Origin: Monocercomonoides exilis PA203 | Lineage: Eukaryota; Protista; Preaxostyla | Assembly: GCA_001643675.2 (NCBI GenBank) | Contig: LSRY02000041.1 | Coordinates: 682,001-746,000 of the forward strand | Direction of reading: 5' to 3' | Length of the DNA: 64,000 nucleotides | In this document: one piece after another, positions 46,088-59,050 of the stretch | Numbering within the stretch: position 1 is the stretch's first letter | Layout of the letters: each line of letters begins with the position of its first letter | Notes under the pieces: model-generated | Told to the model about the DNA's origin: nothing | The model's database searches: none | What the model saw: the letters and a program-made list of their open reading frames with translations, nothing else | Program-made: the position numbers and the translations under genes

Positions 46088-46149
46088 CCTCACTTACACG
46101 ATGACTTGTCTCTTGATCTTCTGCAAAAGAACTCATCTTCTTTATTGGC

Positions 46150-46188
<39 letters not shown>

Positions 46189-46762
46189 TTCTTCTTCTTC
46201 TTCTTCTTCTTCTTCTTCTTCAACAGCCCCATCTCTTTCTCACTCCTCCTCTTCTCTTTCTCCTCCTCCTCTTATTTCTTCCCGTGCTTATTCTTACTCT
46301 TCTTCCCCTTCCCATTCTTCTTCCCCTTCTCATTCTTCTTCTCGTCCCGCCCTCTCAACCAAACGCTCTTCCTCATCCAAAATTCCCTTCCCTCCCCGCA
46401 AATCCAAAACATTATCCGCACACAACAACACATTTGCCTTCTCTTCTCCTTCTTTCTCTCTCCTCATGACCCCTTCGATGGCCTCTAACTTTGTTCTCCA
46501 TCGTCTTTTTGCTTCGCCTTTCTCTTCTTTGAAGCACGTCCGCCTTCCTCTCACAACCATTCCTCATTCTTCTTTGCTTCCTTTTCAGCATTTGGCTCAA
46601 TTAAATTCTTCTTCTTCTTCTCCTCCTTCCTCTTCCTTTTCTTCTTCATCTTCTTTTGCACCTCCATATCCACAAACCCATCTTCCTCTTCTTCCTCCTC
46701 AACGTTTATCTTTCTCTTCTTCTTCTTCTTCTTCTTTTTCCTCCTCCTCTTCTTCTTTCCTT

Positions 46763-46797
<35 letters not shown>

Positions 46798-49700
46798 TTT
46801 CCGTTCTTCCATTCTCTCCCCTGTCCCTCTGTCTATCTTGTCTGATGCTTATGCTGACACCCCCTTCGACCCTCTTCGCACTCAACGTGCTTCTTCTTTC
46901 TCTACCCGCCCTTCAAAACAGACTGCGTTGCAACAAACTTCGAATATTTTCCCTCTTTCTCCTCCTCCTCTTTATCTCCCTTCTTCTTCCTCTTCTCCTT
47001 CTCCTTCTCCACCTTCTCCTTCTCCTATTTCTTCCTTTTCCTCTTCTTCCTCCTCCTCTTCCCCTTCTTCTTCTCTTCCTCCTCTTCCTCCTCCTCTTTC
47101 TTCTTCTTCTTCCTCTTCCTCTTCTTCTTCCTCTTCCTCCTCCTCTCCCTTCGTCCGCCTCCGCCTTCCTTTATCCAAACCCCTTTTTCTTCCCTCTGAC
47201 CGCACCAATCGTCGCCCCGTCCCTGCCTTCTCCTCTTCTCTTCCTCCACTCCTCCATTCTCTTTCTCCTTCTCTCTTCCTCTTCTTCCTCCTTGCACCTT
47301 ATTCTTCTCCCTCTGAACTTCCCTTTTTTATGGCGCTTTCATTGATTCTTTTCCCTCCTTCTTCGGCGCTTGGGAATGTGCTGATGGCGGTCTCAAGATG
47401 TCAGCCAAGAGTTGTGCTGGATGTGGAGAGGGAGAGGAAGGAGGAGAGGAAGGAGGAGAGGAGGGGGATGAAAGGAAAAGGAAAAGGAAAAGGAGAAGGA
47501 GAAAGGGAAGAAAGGGAAGAAGAAGAAGAAATGGGAGAAAGAGAAGGAACAAAAGGAGAAGAAATTGAAAGAGAAGGAAAAGAAGCAGTGGAGAAAGAAA
47601 GAGAAAGAAGAAAAGACAACACAAATATGTTGTTCAACTTGAATGAGACGAACAAAAGTAATGTTCCAATTGCGAATGAAAGCGAAAATGAACGCTTTGC
47701 AAATGACTTGAAGAGTCTGAATCGATCATTTGGAAATGAGGGAGAATCTGCTGAAGTCAATGCAATAAATGCACTTACGAGTTCGTTTGCTTCTTCTTCT
47801 TCTTCTTCGTCTTCGTCGTCATCTTATTTAAATTCTTCTTCTTCTGCCATTTCATCATCATCGTCATCGTCATCTTCTTCTTCTTCTTCAAATATCAACT
47901 CTTCATTCCGTTCTAATAATGATGATGCTAAACACACAAAATTATCTGCTTCTTCTCATTTTGCCTCACAAAGCTCAATAAATGCCAACATCGCAAAGTT
48001 CAATGAAAATAACAGCAATAATAACGACCTAACCATTCCGCAAGAAACATACAGATTACAAACTGACATTAAACTTAACAAAATTTCAAATTTATCCAAA
48101 AATTTTTTGAATGTTGATAAAAAAATAGCGAAAAATGAGGTAAAATACGGAAGAATAGAAGATTCTTTGAGTGTTGGCTCATCTGCTGCTCCGCTTCCGT
48201 CTGATATTTCAATCAAAAAATTGAATTCTGATAGAAAATGTGGAGAAAATGAAGAGAATGATAAAGATGATGGCGAAAATGAGGGAGAAAATGAAAAGAG
48301 AAATGGAGAAGAAGAAGAAGACAAAGAAGGAGAAGAAGGAAGAGAAGAAGGAAGAGAAGAAGGAAGAGAAAGAGAAAGAGAAGAAGAAGAAGGAGAAGAA
48401 GAAAAAGGGAATGAAGATATTTTCAATGCGAAATCTCCAACACTTGCACAAGAAACAGAAGAAGAGGTTGAAGAAGCAGAAATCGAAGAAATTGAAGAAA
48501 TCGAAAAAGAAGAAGAAGCAGCAGAAGAAAGAGAAGAAGAAGAAAGAGAAAAAGAAGGAGAAAACAAAGAAAACAGAGGAGATGAATCAGATAACGATGG
48601 TTTTACAATATTTTCGCATCTTCTTCGCTCTCCTTCATCTTCTCCTTCTCCTTCTCCTGATGAAGAACTGCCTTTGCATTCACAGGATCGATATAACAAA
48701 ATGGTGAATAAGAGAAACGAGAAGAAGAAGAATTCAAAGAAGAAGAAGAAGAAGGGAGAAGAAGATAATGAAGATAAAGATGCAACAATTGTTGAAGATT
48801 TTGCTTCTCCTTCTTCTTTCCCTGCTTACTCTCATTATCAAAATCTATCTTCTTCTTCTTCCTCTTCCTTTTCTTCCTCCTCTTCCTCCTCTTTCCCTTC
48901 TCCTCATTCTTCTTCCACTCAAAACTATCTCCAATCTCAATCTGAATGCTTTTCAGGCAGTTTCCAATCACCTGCCCCTCGTCCTCTTTTCCTCAACCCT
49001 TCTTCTTATCCATCATTATCGTCGTCGTCATCATCATATTCCTATTCCTCTTCTTCTTTTCCTTCTTCAGGTTTTCCTTCTTCATTATCTTCTTCTTATT
49101 CTTCTTCAAATTCTTCCAATTCTTCTTCTTTCTCTTCTTCTTCTTTCATGGCAACACATCCATATCCTCTGTTAGATCCTTCTCCTTCTCTCTCTGCAAC
49201 AGCATCTTCTCTTTCCTCAACAATTTCCACTTCTTCTTCTTCTTCTTCTCCTTCTTCTTCTTCTCCTTGTCTTTCTTCTTCTAAAACACATCTCCATCCC
49301 CCTTCACACACTTTCCACACCGTCGTTTCTTCCTCTTTCCCTTCGCTTTTCCACACAAACATGCCTATTTTGTGCTCTCCGCTCTCTTTTCCCTCTCGAA
49401 ATATCGGCGCGGTTGAGAATTCTTTCACTTTTTCGTTCATTTTCTATCAGTTTTCATCCCTTTCTGCTCATAAAAACACCCTAAAAGAGGCAGAAACGGA
49501 GCTAAACACACAAAAAACGAGGTTTCAGACGCTTTTTGAGTCGTCAGTTCATCAAAAACAGGTGAAAACAATGAAATTGAAGCAAAAATACGAAAAATCA
49601 GTTATTCGCCTTTCTTTAGCTGTGAAAGAAAGAAAAAATTTGCTTCTCAAAAGGAAAGAAGAGCTGAAGAAAACAATCAGAAAATGGAAAGGTTTAACAG

Positions 49701-51592
49701 AAAATGGAGTCCAAACAAAGTTTTCTGTGTTCGAAGCAGCAAAGCAGATAAAAGGGCTCATTCAAACAGTAAAAGATCAGTTTTCTTTGGGAAAACATCA
49801 ACAGAACAATAAACTTGATGGAAGGATTAATTTGAGAAATTCTTCTTTATCTGCTTCTTCTTCTTCTCTTTCTCATCCTCCTTATCATTCATCATCGTCA
49901 TCATCTTCTTCTTCTTCCCTTTCTTCCCTTACTTCCCTTTCTTCTTATTCTTCTTCTCTTCCCCATCTCCTCAGCATCCGCACCCGCCAAGCCTCAAAAC
50001 TCCACACTCTCCGCAAAGTTGCCCTTTCAACAGAATGCCAAAGGCAATTGTGGCTCCACAAGATTGCTGAAGAGCTTTTGGCTCTGTTTCCGATTGTGCC
50101 TGCTGCTGCCATGGAAGACGTGCACTTGAGCTGGATGGCACAGAATGTAGGGGTAGGGGTGGAGGTGAAGGGGGAGAAGGAGGTGAAGGGGGAGAAGGGG
50201 GAGAAGAGAAGGAAGATGGAGAATGCAATGGGGAATATGAATGGGAATATAAAAGGAAGCGGAAGTGGAGGAATGAATGGAGGAGCTAATTCTAATGCTC
50301 ATACAAATTTAAATTTTGGAGGCAGATTGGAGCAGAACAAGAGCAAAAACCAGAATCAGATTGGAAATTTGTCACAAACAAATCAGATGAATCAGACGAA
50401 TCAGATGAATCAAATAAACCAGGTGAAAATGCAACAACAAATTCAACAGAATCAACAACAACCAAATTTTCATCCACAAAAAGCAGTGGAAGGAGCAAAC
50501 TTACAAGTGCAGTGTTCATCGTCGTCGTCATCATCATCATCATCTTTAGATTCTCCATATGCTCTAAATGTGAATGCTTCTTCATTTCCATCTTTGTCAT
50601 CATCATCTTCTTCTTCTTCCTCTTCATCCTCCTCTTCTCCTTCTCCTTCCTCCAAAGTTTATCTTGTTCCGTTTTCTCCAACATCCCATTCAGCTTCTGT
50701 TTCTGCTTCAACTTCTCTTCCTTCTTCTTCCTTTTCCTCTTCTTCTCTTTCCTCCTCTCCTCTTTCTCTTTCTTCGCCTGCTCAAAGTTCTTTTAACATT
50801 TCTTCTTCTCCTTCCTCTTCTTCTTCTTCTTCTCTTTGTTCTTCTTCCTCTTCCTCTTCTTCTCCTTTTTCTCCTTCTCCTCTTGCTTCAAAACGTGCTC
50901 CAACTCCTCCTCAACCTCTTGTTCCTTACAAAAATATCAGCCAACTACAAATTTCTTCTTCTTTTTCTTCTTCTTCTGCAGTTAATGTTCGCTCTTCATC
51001 TTCTCGTAAATCCCTTCCTCCAACTTATTCTCTATTTGCTCCTGCAAAGTTGTTTTCTTCTTCTTTTCCTCTTTCTACAGCAAAGCAACTTTCTTCTTCT
51101 TCTTCTTCCTATTCCTCCTCATTATCATCTTCCTCTTCTTCCTCTTCTCCCACTCCTCTTCCTCCTCCTCCTCTCTTCCCCAAACAATCTCAATTTTCAT
51201 CTTCCCCAACCAAAAACGATGCTATTTCAATGTTCACTCCTGAATCAATGCCTCAAAGTTTTCTTTCTTCATCTCCTTCTTCCTCTCCTTCCTCCTCCTC
51301 CTCTTCTTCTTCTTCCTTTTCATTGCCTTCTTCTAACCCTATCTCTTCTTCTCCTCTTATTCATTCTTTATCTTCCTTCCCTTCTTCTTCCCCTTCTTCT
51401 TCGCCATTGTCTTTCTCATCCTCCTCATTATCTGCCTCTTCTTCTTCATCCTTATCATCATCATCATCATCTCCTTCTTCTTTATTACCTTCTTCATTTC
51501 CTTCCTCCTCCTCCTCTTCTTCTTCTTCCTCTTCTTCCTCTTCTTCCTCTTCTTCCTCTTCTTCCTCTTCTTCCTCTTCTTCCTCTTCTTCC

Positions 51593-51627
<35 letters not shown>

Positions 51628-54600
51628 CTCTTCCTCTTCCTCCACTCTCAAAAAGAAGCGCCTGCGCATCGGCGCCAGCTTCCGCAGAGGTTTCATCGTT
51701 TCTGACATGTTTTGGCTGCCTTCTTCGCTCGTTTCTGGAAGCATCGCCGAAAAACTAGACAAAATTCGCTCTGTTTTGGAGTGGTGCAGAACGCCTCAGT
51801 CAAATAACGCGGGGGTTTATGCGGGGGGAGGGAATAATAATGGAGGGAGTGTAGGGAATGTGGGAAATGTGGGGAGAGGAGGAAGAGAAGGAAGAGAAGG
51901 AAGAGAAGGAGGAGGAGGTTATTCTTCTTCCTTTTCTTCTTCTTCTTCTTATTCATCTGGAAAATCTCCGCAGGCACAATTATCTCGTTCTTCTTCTCTT
52001 TTCCAACCAATAACATCATCATCACCTTTATCTTCACCTCTTCCTTCCTCTTCTCTTTTTACCTCTTCCCCTCTTTCTTCTTCTTCTTCTTCTTCTTCTT
52101 CTCTCTTTTCTCCGCATCCTCTTTCTTCCTCTGCAGCAATAACCACATCCCATCCTCTTTCCACAATGCAAGCAATATCTTCTCCTCTTTTGTCTTCAAA
52201 GGAAACAGAAGCAATACAAGATTGTTCATTGAATGAACAGAAGAAAATGGAAAATGAGAGAGAAGGAGAGAGAAAGAAAGAGAAGGAGAAAGAAGAGAAG
52301 GAGAAGGAGAAGGAGAAGGAGAAGGAGAAACAAATGGAGCAATCAATTCTACAGCATGCATCGTCAATTTCTTCATCGGCTTCTTCTTCTTCTTCTTCTT
52401 CTTCTTCTTCTTCTTCTTCTTCTTCTTCTTCTTCTACGTCTCCTTCTTCCTCTCCTTTAAAGTCGGATTCAGCATTAGCAAAAGAAAAATCAATTACTGT
52501 TAATACATCTTCTTCCTCTTCTTCCTTTGCAATGAAAGGCAATCCTCCTTCTTTTTCTTCTCCTCTTTCTTCATTGTCCTTCTCAGCTGGCTCAGAAAAC
52601 GAGAAAGAAGAGAAAGAAGAGAAAGAAGAAGAGAATTGTGAAGGAGAAAATGGAAAAGACAAAAGAGAAGGAGAAGAAATTGAAAGAGAAATGCAAAAGG
52701 TTAACATGAATAATAATTCTTCTTCTGTTCCTCCGACTTCTTCTTCTTCTTCTTCTAATGTGGTTTCTTGTTCAGACAATAACATTACCTCTTCATCATC
52801 TTCTTCCTCTTCCTCTTCCTCCTCTTCCTCTTCTTCTTCTTCTCTCTCCTTCCGTCCAATCATCCATCGCAACACACTTTCTCTATTAGATCAACTATAC
52901 CCCTCGCTTTCTCAGGCATCTCAAGCAAACTTCCGTTCTCTCTCTTTCTCTTTCTCTTCTCCTTCTTTTGCTCAATCTTCTTCTCCTGCTTCTCCAACTT
53001 CTTCTGCTCCTCTTCCTCCTTCTTCTTCCTCTTCCTCTTCTTCTTCTTCTCATTTTGACCACTCACACCTTCCTGTTCTTTCCTTCCCACAAGATCAAGC
53101 TCCGATTTCTTCTCTTTCTTCTTCTCCTTCCTCTTCTCCTTCCTCTTCTCCTTCATCATCACCTTTCCCTTCTCCCGCTTCCTCTCTCAACTCCTTCTCC
53201 TCCTTCCTCACTGTTCACACCCTTCCTCACATTCCAGCTCCTCCTCCTCCTCCTCCTTCTTCTTCTTCTTCCTTATTCAATTCCAACCTCTCCTCCTCCT
53301 TCTCTTCCTTCTCTTCCTTCCAACCTTCCTCTTTTTTGTCTCAAAACCAGCTTTTTGCCTCTTCGCCATCGCCTTCTCCTTCCACATCGATGTTTATGTC
53401 TTCTCCTTATCTTCTTTCTTCTCCACAAACAAAGAGGAGTCTTTCATTTGCTCAGAACGGAGACATAAAACAGCAAAAGATGAATAAAATGAGGCAGCAG
53501 CAGATGATGATGATGATGAATCAGCAACAGATAAAGAACAAGAATAATACGGAAAAAGATAAGGAGAAGGAGAAAGACGTTCAGAAGATGCAGAATGAGA
53601 ATGGGAACGAAAATGACAACAAAAACGAGAAAACAAAAGCTAAAGAGAAAGAGAACGCAAAAGAGAGAGGAAACCAGAAAGAGAAGAATGTGAGTGAGCA
53701 AAGTGCATCATTGAATGATCCATTTATTTCTCATTGCTCTCGTTTTGTGGCTGATGCAATGAACAGCGCAATGAACAGACAGGCACACACTCAGATTCAA
53801 ATGCAGTTGCAGTCATCTTCTTGTTCTTATCCTTCTTCTTCTTCTTATTCTTTTAATAGAAATTATAATGATGTTTCGCATCAAGCTCTATCTCCAATTA
53901 ATCCATACTCTTCTTATCTCTTATCTCTTCCTTCTTCCTCTTCTTCTCCTTCCTCCTCCTCTTCTTCCTCTTCTTCTTCCTCTTCTTCTTCTTTGTCAAT
54001 CCCTTCCTCCTCTCCCCCCCTCTTCTCTTCTTCCACCTCAACCTACACCCTCATCCGCTCCACCCCTTCCCGCCGCCTCTTCTCCATCATCACCTCTTTC
54101 GTCTGCGATGGGCGTGTGGGCCTTCGCGAGTATGTTGCATGTGCTGTGGGCATCTTGGCGACTGTTCTTTCTCTTCTCTCTCGCTATTTGTGTGTGCCTT
54201 TGGACTGCCCCATCATCCGGCAGTTTTCTCGCTCTCTGATCAGATACCACAGAATGGCGCATAAGGAGATGGACTTGTCGTTGATTAAGCAGAAGGAGGA
54301 GAAGGAAAGAAGAAGTTTGCTTGCAATTCCCAATTGGGATGTGAGGATGGCAAGAAAGTGGGAAATTGAGGTGGCGAAGGAGATGTTGTTGGCTTCATTG
54401 AAGAAGAAGGAGAAAGAGAAAGAAGAAGAAGAAGAAATGAAAGACAAAACAATTCTTAATAATACAAATATAAGAAAGCAAAGAAAGAATGTGAAATCGA
54501 ATGAAGAAAGCAACAAGAGTGGTGATATTTTGAAGGACAATGAGCTGTTGAAGTCAATTGCGCTGTTCCATTTGATGCAGAATTCGAAGTTTTCAATAAG

Positions 54601-55304
54601 AAGCTTCAATTCTGATTCTGCTGATTTCTTCTCTCGTTTGGCTGCTCACAAACAGATCAGCAGTCAAAAACAGTCGTTTTGGCTGTTGAATTGCTTGCTG
54701 GAGTTTGCAAAGCAGATGAACAATTCTTCTTCTTCGTCGTCGTCGTCTTCTAATGCTTCAGCTTTAACACCTTCCACTTCCTCTTCTTCTCTGTTACAAT
54801 CTTCTTCAAATCTTTCTTCTTCCTCCTCTTCCTCCTCTTCTTCTTCTTCCTCAGATGATTCAAGTGTTCATTCAACTGGAGAAAACAGCCTTCCTCTTTC
54901 TGCTTCCTCACAACAAACTGATTCTTCCTTCTTTGACGATTCATTGGCTCAATCTGGATTGGATATGCTGTTTGCAACAAGAAGCATGACAACCACAAGT
55001 TCATTGGATTCATCCAATGGAATTGTACCTTCTTCATCTTCCTCTTCTTCTTCTGTTGCTTCTTCTTCTTCTTCTTCTTTCTCTCCTTCATCATCTCCTT
55101 CATCGGCCTTACCTTCTCCTTCCTCTTCCTCTTACCAATCTCCTCAAAAGTCATCTAATTCTCCTTTTTCTTCCACATCTTTCTCTTCTCCTTCCTCATC
55201 TCCTCTTTCCTCCTCAAAAACTTCATCCAAACAGAGATCAGACAAGCCGAAGCGTCCAGAACCTGTTTATTGGTTCCGCTGTCCTCTTTTCTTTGCCGAA
55301 AAGG

Positions 55305-55336
<32 letters not shown>

Positions 55337-56236
55337 TCTTCTTCTTCTTCCTCTTCTTCTTCTCCCTCTCCCTCTTCCTCTGTCTCGAAAGACGATGGAA
55401 ACGGCTCGTTCCTCTTCAAGTCAGGGATCACCCTTCTCAATGAAGACATCGCCCAGCTGCTTCGCACTATGAATGTGGCCTCGTTTGGACAGTCAAGGAC
55501 ACCTGCCAATGTGCTCCAGTTGCTTCTTGCTCTGTCAACGCCAAATGTTTATGGAAATAATTCTTCTTCTTCTTCTTCTTCTTCTTCTTCTTCTTCTTCT
55601 TCTTCTTCTTCTTCTTCTTCTTCTTCTTCTTCTTTGCCTTTGTCTTCTTCATTGCCTTCTTCATTGTCTTCTTCTGTGATTCAAACTTTTGTTCCTCTTT
55701 CTTCAACTCCACAAAACAAGCAGAAATTGGAGTTCCAAAATACAAAGCCTTCGAATCTTTCGAATGGGAAACAGTTCGTTCCACAAAAAAACAGTGAAAT
55801 TGATTCACAGTTAACGAGAAGACAAGGAAAACACTCAACAAACAGAGGAATTCGCAAAGATGACGATGTTAGAAAATACACCAATTCAACAGAAGACGAA
55901 TCAGAAGAAGACGCTTCCAGCGCTAAAATAGAGCATTTTGACACGTGTTTGAGCAGACAGATTGAAGAAAACACAAAAATGATAAGTTCAAATGAAAACA
56001 TCAAAATTATGTCAAACCAAAATTCCCTTATTATTCCGTGTGATGAGGAAGAGTTGGATGTTGTGAAGATTCCGTATCATTCAGCCAGATCTGCTTCTGT
56101 TTCTTCTCTTTCCCTTTCGACTTTCCATTCTCCAGTTACGCTTGTTACTTCAAATGCTCCGGTTTACTCACCTGAATGGGATGTTTATTCATCTGCGTAT
56201 TTTTTGAGTCCGAAGTTTTCATTCGACATGTTTTGA
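43601..56236 (+). CDS. UVRAG: UVRAG/Vps38-like (Atg14-family) class III PI3K complex subunit, hugely expanded by poly-Ser/poly-Glu
   Basis: 4211-aa ORF. A coiled coil (~49470-49790) is followed by LWLHKIAEELLALFPI, VACAVGILATVLSLLSRYLCVPLDCPIIRQFSRSLI, CPLFF, FKSGITLLNEDIAQL and TPANVLQLL, in the order of the UVRAG/Vps38 C-terminal domain. The 5' exon structure is uncertain. Confidence 0.75.
51519..51620 (+). repeat. (TCTTCTTCC)n 9-bp higher-order microsatellite in a poly-Ser tract
   Basis: Tandem tcttcttcc units read directly from the sequence. Confidence 0.85.
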
Positions 56237-56940
56237 AAGAGTGTTAAATTATTGTTAAAAAAAGATTTGAAAAAAGAAAGAATTTATTTGATTTTATTAA
56301 TTCGTTTGCTTAATTGTTTATTTCCATTTGTTGTTTATTTTGTTTGCGTTTTTATTTTTATTTTATTTTATTTTATTTTATTGGTGTGTTTCGTTTATCT
56401 GGAAGTTTCCAGCATTATTGGCTTGTTTGTATTTTTTTGATTTGTTGTGGTATTTTGATGCATTCGTTTTTTACCAAACTTTATTTATGAAAAGCATTTC
56501 TTTTTTTTGAGAATTTTTATCATTTATTTTGTTCAGTTTTATTTTGTTTTATTTTGTTTGTTTTTATAATTTTTTACGCAATTTTAAAGAGCTGAAGAAA
56601 TGAGTCTTATTGATGCTTTGGATGCTTTGTTTTTCTGTGTTTATTCAGCCATTATGGCTGTGCTCTTGCAGCTGATTTTCATCCGTCACAAGTTAATTCT
56701 TGTGAAGGAATAAAAAAGGAAAAGGAAAAGACTTCAAACGCTTAAAAAGTTGCAAAAGCAGCAAACAACACTTAAACTTTCTCAAAGAAACAAAAACACA
56801 TTGGAAAAGGAAAAGGAAAAAGAAAAAGAAAAGGATGAATGCAAAAGAAGTGCTTTGAAATTGTGTCTAAATGAACACATTCAAAGAGAAACATTTCAAT
56901 AAAACAGATTAATTATTAAATAATCATTAATTTATTTCTT

Positions 56941-57204
56941 GGGAAAATGTGGACTTTCAAGCTATTTCGTTGAAAATTTATGCACTTTTTGATGACTTTT
57001 TGTGATAAAAAAATACCAAAGAAATTTGATCATTTTTTGAGATACGTGAGATATTACAAAACATGATGTTGCACAATTATTTATTTCTGTTTACAGATAT
57101 AAATTTCCAATTTGTTTTGAAATCGAAGAAAGATTCTTAAAGTTTTGAGCGTAACAAATATTTATCACTTCGTGCAAAAAAAGCTTGAAAGTCCGTATTT
57201 TCCC
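56941..57204. mobile_element. Probable MITE with ~23-bp TIR
   Basis: gggaaaatgtggactttcaagct ... agcttgaaagtccgtattttccc (2 mismatches); no convincing TSD. Confidence 0.65.
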
Positions 57205-57417
57205 CCAAGTCATCAGTTCAATTTATTTCAAAAGAAGCTCTGCAAAAAGCACTTTATTTATTCAGCTGAAAAACACTTTGAAAATTCGATTGCGAATATT
57301 AAAAAGGCAAATGTCACATTTGGCGGACCTCATTTTTCTTGAATGAAGTTCATTATTAATTATTAAATAGTGTTATTATGTGATTTATAAGGGAAATTGA
57401 AGTGCGGATATGTATCA

Positions 57418-57647
57418 AAATTTTTCTGAAAAGTTCCTTTTGTTTAATTTTCAAATAAAATATTAATTTCATTTTTCAATCAATTTTTGTTCCCATTCAC
57501 AAAACTTCACCAAAATGGAATTAATCACAATATCGAGATTATATTTTCTTGATAAAAAAATTTGGTGAGTTGGAATAGAAATTTGATTGAAAAATGAAAT
57601 TTGAATTTTTTTAGAAAATTAAAGAAAAGGAACTTTTCTTAAAAATT
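57418..57647. mobile_element. Diverged foldback element homologous to 42900-43140
   Basis: Arms gaaaagttccttttgtttaattttc / gaaaattaaagaaaaggaacttttc and atttcatttttcaatcaa / ttgattgaaaaatgaaat. Shares the internal aacttcaccaaaRtgga with 42900-43140. Confidence 0.75.
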
Positions 57648-57738
57648 AAGACATGTGTTTAAAAATGTAAATATAAATTGAAATTTTTTCAAATTTTTGG
57701 ATGTGATCATTATTTCTTCTGTTTGATCGAAACTTCAA

Positions 57739-58559
57739 ATGAATCGAAAAGAAGTTCAGAAGCTAATTAAGACATTTCCAAACGAAAATGAAGCTTGTTT
57801 ATGGATGTTTGGAACCACACTGAAAAGAAAAGTCACTTGACTCAGAAGACACAGAATTCCAAAGAAATAAATCAGAGAGAATACAGGGAAGAAATATTGG
57901 AGGTGCAAAAAATGAAGAGTGAAACGTTCGTTATTTCATAATAGTCAGTTTAACAAAATGCACATCAAAATAGGAAAAGTGCTGATGATTATTCTCTTTT
58001 TTTGGATTGGAATGACCATCAAACATGGAAGTCTTCTACTCAATATTCACAGGCACTCAGTCGGTTTTTGGTACAGTGCATGCAGATATGCTTGCACACA
58101 ATACCTTATAAACAAGCCCATTCAACTTGGACGTGAAGGCAAGACATAAGAAATAGATGAATGCTTATTACGTCGAAGAAAATATCGAAGAGGAAGGTTC
58201 AAGAGGCAGCAATGGATTTTTGGAGCAATTGAAAGAAGAGAGGGTCAACAAGTTGGAAAAAAAATGTTATGGATCATCAAAGATCGTTCAAAAACTATGT
58301 ATGACCAACTGCAAAACAGCTCATATTGCCTGGAACTACTATTGTGAGTGATTCTATAAGGGCATATACAACATTCTCAAAAGAAAGCTATGTTCATAAA
58401 ATTGTTGTTCAGGATCGATATTATGTGCAATTTGCAACTTGAACATGCATAAACACAGTTGAAGGGAAGTTGCATCATTTCAGAGAGTTTCTTTCAGTTT
58501 CCGGAATGAGAGTTGCATTTATCAAAGACCATATATCTTTATTCATTGTTAGAAACTGA
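57739..58559 (+). pseudogene. Second decayed Merlin / IS1595-type transposase
   Basis: FPNENEACLW..KYWRCKK*..QLGREGKT*EIDECLLRRRKYRRGRFKRQQWIFGAIER, then after a frameshift LPGTTIVSD..INTVEG; several in-frame stops. Confidence 0.85.
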
Positions 58560-58568
58560 TTCAATTTG

Positions 58569-58569
<1 letters not shown>

Positions 58570-58622
<53 letters not shown>
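58570..58622 (+). repeat. 53-nt poly(T) tract
   Basis: Uninterrupted T run. Confidence 0.9.
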
Positions 58623-58624
<2 letters not shown>

Positions 58625-58796
58625 TGAGAAAAATTTCTCGTCACATGAAGAAGGTTATAATAGTGAAAAAATGAATCAAATGATGAAGAGCATAATTTAC
58701 CAAATTTTGATAGCATAGTTCAGAGCAATGACAAAAATGAATTTCAAACTGCGAATTTGAATTTAGAGCAAGTAACGGTGCATCAGCTTCGTAATA

Positions 58797-59050
58797 CAGT
58801 TTGTGCAAAAAATACCGGACATCGCAAAAAATACCGGACAAGATCGATATCTCAACAACCGCAAGAAGAAAAATTCTGATAATTTTCCTCGAAATATATC
58901 TCGTCAATACAAACTCATTTGACATACGAGACTTTCAAAACTTCCTCGTTTGTGCTCAGAAAAAATCATTATTGAAATTTCGGAGAAATAGGAATTTATG
59001 TTTCTCCGAAATTTCGATCTTTCCGGTATTTTTTGATGTCTGCACAACTG
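58797..59050. mobile_element. Tc1/mariner-type MITE, TA TSD, CAGT termini
   Basis: ta|cagtttgtgca..aaaaaataccggacaagatcga ... tcgatctttccggtattttttgatgtctgcacaactg|ta. Confidence 0.8.

Noticed and set aside
44388-56004. Many overlapping poly-Leu, poly-Glu, poly-Lys and poly-Phe ORFs
   Set aside because: They are shadow frames of (TCT/GAA)n repeats within the long gene; the same applies inside VID27 and the ABCC gene.
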